Source of the DNA: Macrostomum hystrix
Lineage: Eukaryota > Animalia > Platyhelminthes
NCBI GenBank assembly: GCA_950097015.1
Contig: CATNEN010000002.1
Span: 6,200,001-6,264,000 of the forward strand
Direction: 5' to 3'
DNA: 64,000 nt
Part shown: positions 60,165 to 64,000 of the stretch, in pieces
Layout: each line of letters begins with the position of its first letter
Numbering within the stretch: position 1 is the stretch's first letter
Made by a program: the position numbers and the translations under genes
The notes under the pieces: generated by a model
Seen by the model: only the letters and a program-made list of their open reading frames with translations
What the model was told of the DNA's origin: nothing
Databases searched by the model: none

Positions 60165-63100
60165 CATCCACCTATTCCTCAGGTGTATCCACCTATTCCT
60201 CAGGTGCATCCACTTATTCCTCAGGTGTATCCACCTATTCCTCAGGTGTATCCACCTATTCCTCAGGTGCATCCACATATTCATCAGGTGTATCCAGCTA
60301 ATCCTCAGGTGTATCCCAACTTATTCCTCAGGTGTATCCACCTATTCCTCAGGTGCATCCACTTATTCCTCAGGTGCATCCACTTATTCCTCAGGTGTAT
60401 CCCAACTTATTACTCAAGTGTATCCACTTATTCCTCATGTGTATCCACTTATTCCTCAGGTGTATCCACCTATTCCTCAGGTGCATCCACTTATTCCTCA
60501 GGTGTATCCACTTATTCCTCAGGTGTATCCACCTATTCCTCAGGTGCATCCACTTATTCCTCAGGTGTATCCACTTATTCCTCAGGTGTATCCACCTATT
60601 CCTCAGGTGCATCCACTTATTCCTCAGGTGTATCCACCTATTCCTCAGGTGCATCCACTTATTCCTCAGGTGTATCCACTTATTCCTCAGGTGTATCCCA
60701 ACTTATTCCTCAGCTGTATCCAGCTATTCCTCAGGTGCATCCACTTATTCCTCAGGTGCATCCACTTATTCCTCAGGTGTATCCACTTATTCCTCAGGTG
60801 TATCCCAACTTATTCCTCAGGTGTATCCACCTATTCCTCATGTGTATCCAGCTATTCCTCAGGTGTATCCCAACTTATTCCTCAGCTGTATCCAGCTATT
60901 CCTCAGGTGTATCCACTTATTCCTCAGCTGTATCCAGCTATTCCTCATGTGTATCCACCTATTCCTCAGGTGTATCCACCTATTCCTCGGGTGTATCCAC
61001 CTATTCCTCAGGTGTATCCACCTATTCCTCATGTGTATGCACTTATTCCTCAGGTGTATCCACCTATTCCTCAGATGCATCCACTTATTCCTCAGGTGTA
61101 TCCACCTATTCCTCAGGTGCATCCACCGATTCCTCAGGTGTATCCAGCTATTCCTCAAGTGTATCCCAACTTATTCCTCAGGTGTATCCACTTATTCCTC
61201 ATGTGTGTCCCAACTTATTCCTCATGTGTATCCACCTATTCCTCGGGTGTATCCACCTATTCCTCAGGTGTATCCACCTATTCCTCATGTGTATGCACTT
61301 ATTCCTCAGGTGTATCCACCTATTCCTCAGATGCATCCACTTATTCCTCAGGTGTATCCACCTATTCCTCAGGTGCATCCACCGATTCCTCAGGTGCATC
61401 CACATATTCATCAGGTGTATCCAGCTAATCCTCAGGTGTATCCCAACTTATTACTCAGGTGTATCCACTTATTCCTCAGGTGTATCCACCTATTCCTCAG
61501 GTGCATCCACTTATTCCTCAGGTGCATCCACTTATTCCTCAGGTGCATCCACTTATTCCTCAGGTGTATCCACCTATTCCTCAGATGCATCCACTTATTC
61601 CTCAGGTGTATCCACCTATTCCTCAGGTGTATCCACCTATTCCTCAGGTGCATCCACATATTCATCAGGTGTATCCAGCTAATCCTCAGGTGTATCCCAA
61701 CTTATTACTCAGGTGTATCCACTTATTCCTCAGGTGTATCCACCTATTCCTCAGGTGCATCCACTTATTCCTCAGGTGCATCCACTTATTCCTCAGGTGT
61801 ATCCCAACTTATTACTCAAGTGTATCCACTTATTCCTCATGTGTATCCACTTATTCCTCAGGTGTATCCACCTATTCCTCAGGTGCATCCACTTATTCCT
61901 CAGGTGTATCCAGCTATTCCTCAGGTGTATCCACCTATTCCTCAGGTGCATCCACTTATTCCTCAGGTGTATCCACTTATTCCTCAGGTGTATCCACCTA
62001 TTCCTCATGTGTATCCAGCTATTCCTCAGGTGTATCCCAACTTATTCCTCAGCTGTATCCAGCTATTCCTCAGGTGTATCCACTTATTCCTCAGGTGCAT
62101 CCACTTATTCCTCAGGTGTATCCACCTATTCCTCAGGTGTATCCACCTATTCCTCAGGTGCATCCACTTATTCCTCAGGTGTATCCAGCTATTCCTCAGG
62201 TGCATCCACTTATTCCTCAGGTGCATCCACTTATTCCTCAGGTGTATCCACTTATTCCTCAGGTGTATCCCAACTTATTCCTCAGGTGTATCCACCTATT
62301 CCTCATGTGTACCCAGCTATTCCTCAGGTGTATCCCAACTTATTCCTCAGCTGTATCCAGCTATTCCTCAGGTGTATCCACTTATTCCTCAGCTGTATCC
62401 AGCTATTCCTCATGTGTATCCACCTATTCCTCGGGTGTATCCACCTATTCCTCAGGTGTATCCACCGATTCCTCAGATGCATCCACTTATTCCTCAGGTG
62501 TATCCACCTATTCCTCAGGTGCATCCACCGATTCCTCAGATGCATCCACTTATTCCTCAGGTGTATCCACCTATTCCTCAGGTGCATCCACCGATTCCTC
62601 AGGTGTATCCAGCTATTCCTCAAGTGTATCCCAACTTATTCCTCAGGTGTATCCACTTATTCCTCAGGTGTATCCACCTATTCCTCAGGTGTATCCACTT
62701 ATTCCTCAGGTGTATCCACCTATTCCTCAGGTGCATCCACCGATTCCTCAGGTGTATCCAGCTATTCCTCAAGTGTATCCCAACTTATTCCTCAGGTGTA
62801 TCCACCTATTCCTCATGTGTATCCACTTATTCCTCGGGTGTATCCACCTATTCCTCGGGTGTATCCACTTATTCCTCAGCTGTATCCAGCTATTCCTCAG
62901 GTGTATCCACTTATTCCTTAGGTGAATCCACCTATTCCTTAGGTGTATCCAGCTATTCCTCAGGTGTATCCAGCTATTCCTCAGGTGTATCCAGCTATTC
63001 CTCAGGTGTATCCCAACTTATTCCTCAGGTGTATCCACTTATTCCTCAGGTGTATCCAGCTATTCCTCAGGTGTATCCACCTATTCCTCGGGTGTATCCA

Positions 63101-63365
63101 CTTATTCCTCAGCTGTATCCAGCTATTCCTCAGGTGTATCCACTTATTCCTTAGGTGAATCCACCTATTCCTTAGGTGTATCCAGCTATTCCTCAGGTGT
63201 ATCCACCTATTCCTCAGGTGTATCCACCTATTCCTCAGGTGTATCCACTTATTCCTCAGGTGTATCCACCTATTCCTCATGTGTATCCACCTATTCCTCA
63301 GGTGTATCCACCTATTCCTCATGTGTATCCACTTATTCCTCATGTGTATCCACCTATTCCTCAGG
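60165..63365. repeat. Large minisatellite, 21-bp unit (TATTCCTCAGGTGTATCCACC) with 22-bp variants, about 3.2 kb
   Basis: Directly visible; explains all ORFs from 60088 to 63518. Confidence 0.97.
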
Positions 63366-63719
63366 TGTGCAAGGGTTACCTGGGGTGATGGCGGCATTAG
63401 TTTACTTTTTCGTTCGAAACATCTCAGCGTGAACTTCGATAATACATGTAAACCTGTAAAAATCATGCTTTGGCTAAGAAAAAGCAATCGAAAGCAATAT
63501 ACTCGAGCAACTGCTTAAAGTATAAAGCAACGATAAAATAACTGCTTTATATAACGCTTACAAAAGATCGTCACAGTGTGCGTGAGATAGTCGAGCCAAG
63601 GACAAGAATATGTAACACAAAATAACAAAAAGATGTCATAAATATCTGCTCACGAATATTCTCGAAATTTCGTGCACTTTATGTAAGTGACGATGCTGTC
63701 TCAAAATTAATCTGTCATT

Positions 63720-64000
63720 TATCCCACAGATAAAGACTTTCATTTATCTCAAAGGTACAGAACAGGTACAGACTTTCATTTATTCAACAGGTACAGACTT
63801 TCATGTATCCCACAGGTACAGACTTTTATTTATCCCACAGGTACAGACTTTCATTTATCTCAAAGGTACAGAACAGGTACAGACTTTCATTTATTCAACA
63901 GGTACAGACTTTCATGTATCCCACAGGTACAGACTTTCATTTATTCAACAGGTACAGACTTTCATGTATCCCACAGGTACAGACTTTTATTTATCCCACA
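63720..64000. repeat. Minisatellite, ~25-bp unit (GGTACAGACTTTCATTTATCCCACA), runs off the window end
   Basis: Directly visible tandem array. Confidence 0.9.

Overview
This is eukaryotic (metazoan) genomic DNA, not prokaryotic. It has GC-rich exons, GT-AG introns and an extreme load of intronic and intergenic minisatellites. That organisation is reminiscent of the free-living flatworm Macrostomum (inference only). Spliced genes that can be reconstructed, in order: a C14orf93-like protein (5'-partial, 8-6123), an orphan type II membrane protein with a Thr-rich stalk, a secreted F-type (fucose-binding) lectin, PTEN (minus strand), a small coiled-coil protein with a CEP290-like C-terminal motif, two small single-TM ORFs, an Nck/Dock adaptor, an orphan class A GPCR and a tetraspanin. 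Mobile DNA comprises a tRNA-derived SINE family, an inverted Penelope-like retroelement remnant carrying two hammerhead ribozymes, and a decayed MULE transposase. Most long ORFs in the supplied track are minisatellite artefacts. The standout, invisible in the ORF track, lies in the C14orf93-like gene: seven tandem 77-nt paralogous exons (2191-4660) that are in frame only one at a time. Each is preceded by a short selector complementary to one unique upstream docking site (1889-1915). This is a Dscam1-exon-6-like competing-RNA-structure mutually exclusive splicing cassette that diversifies a 25-aa basic helix.
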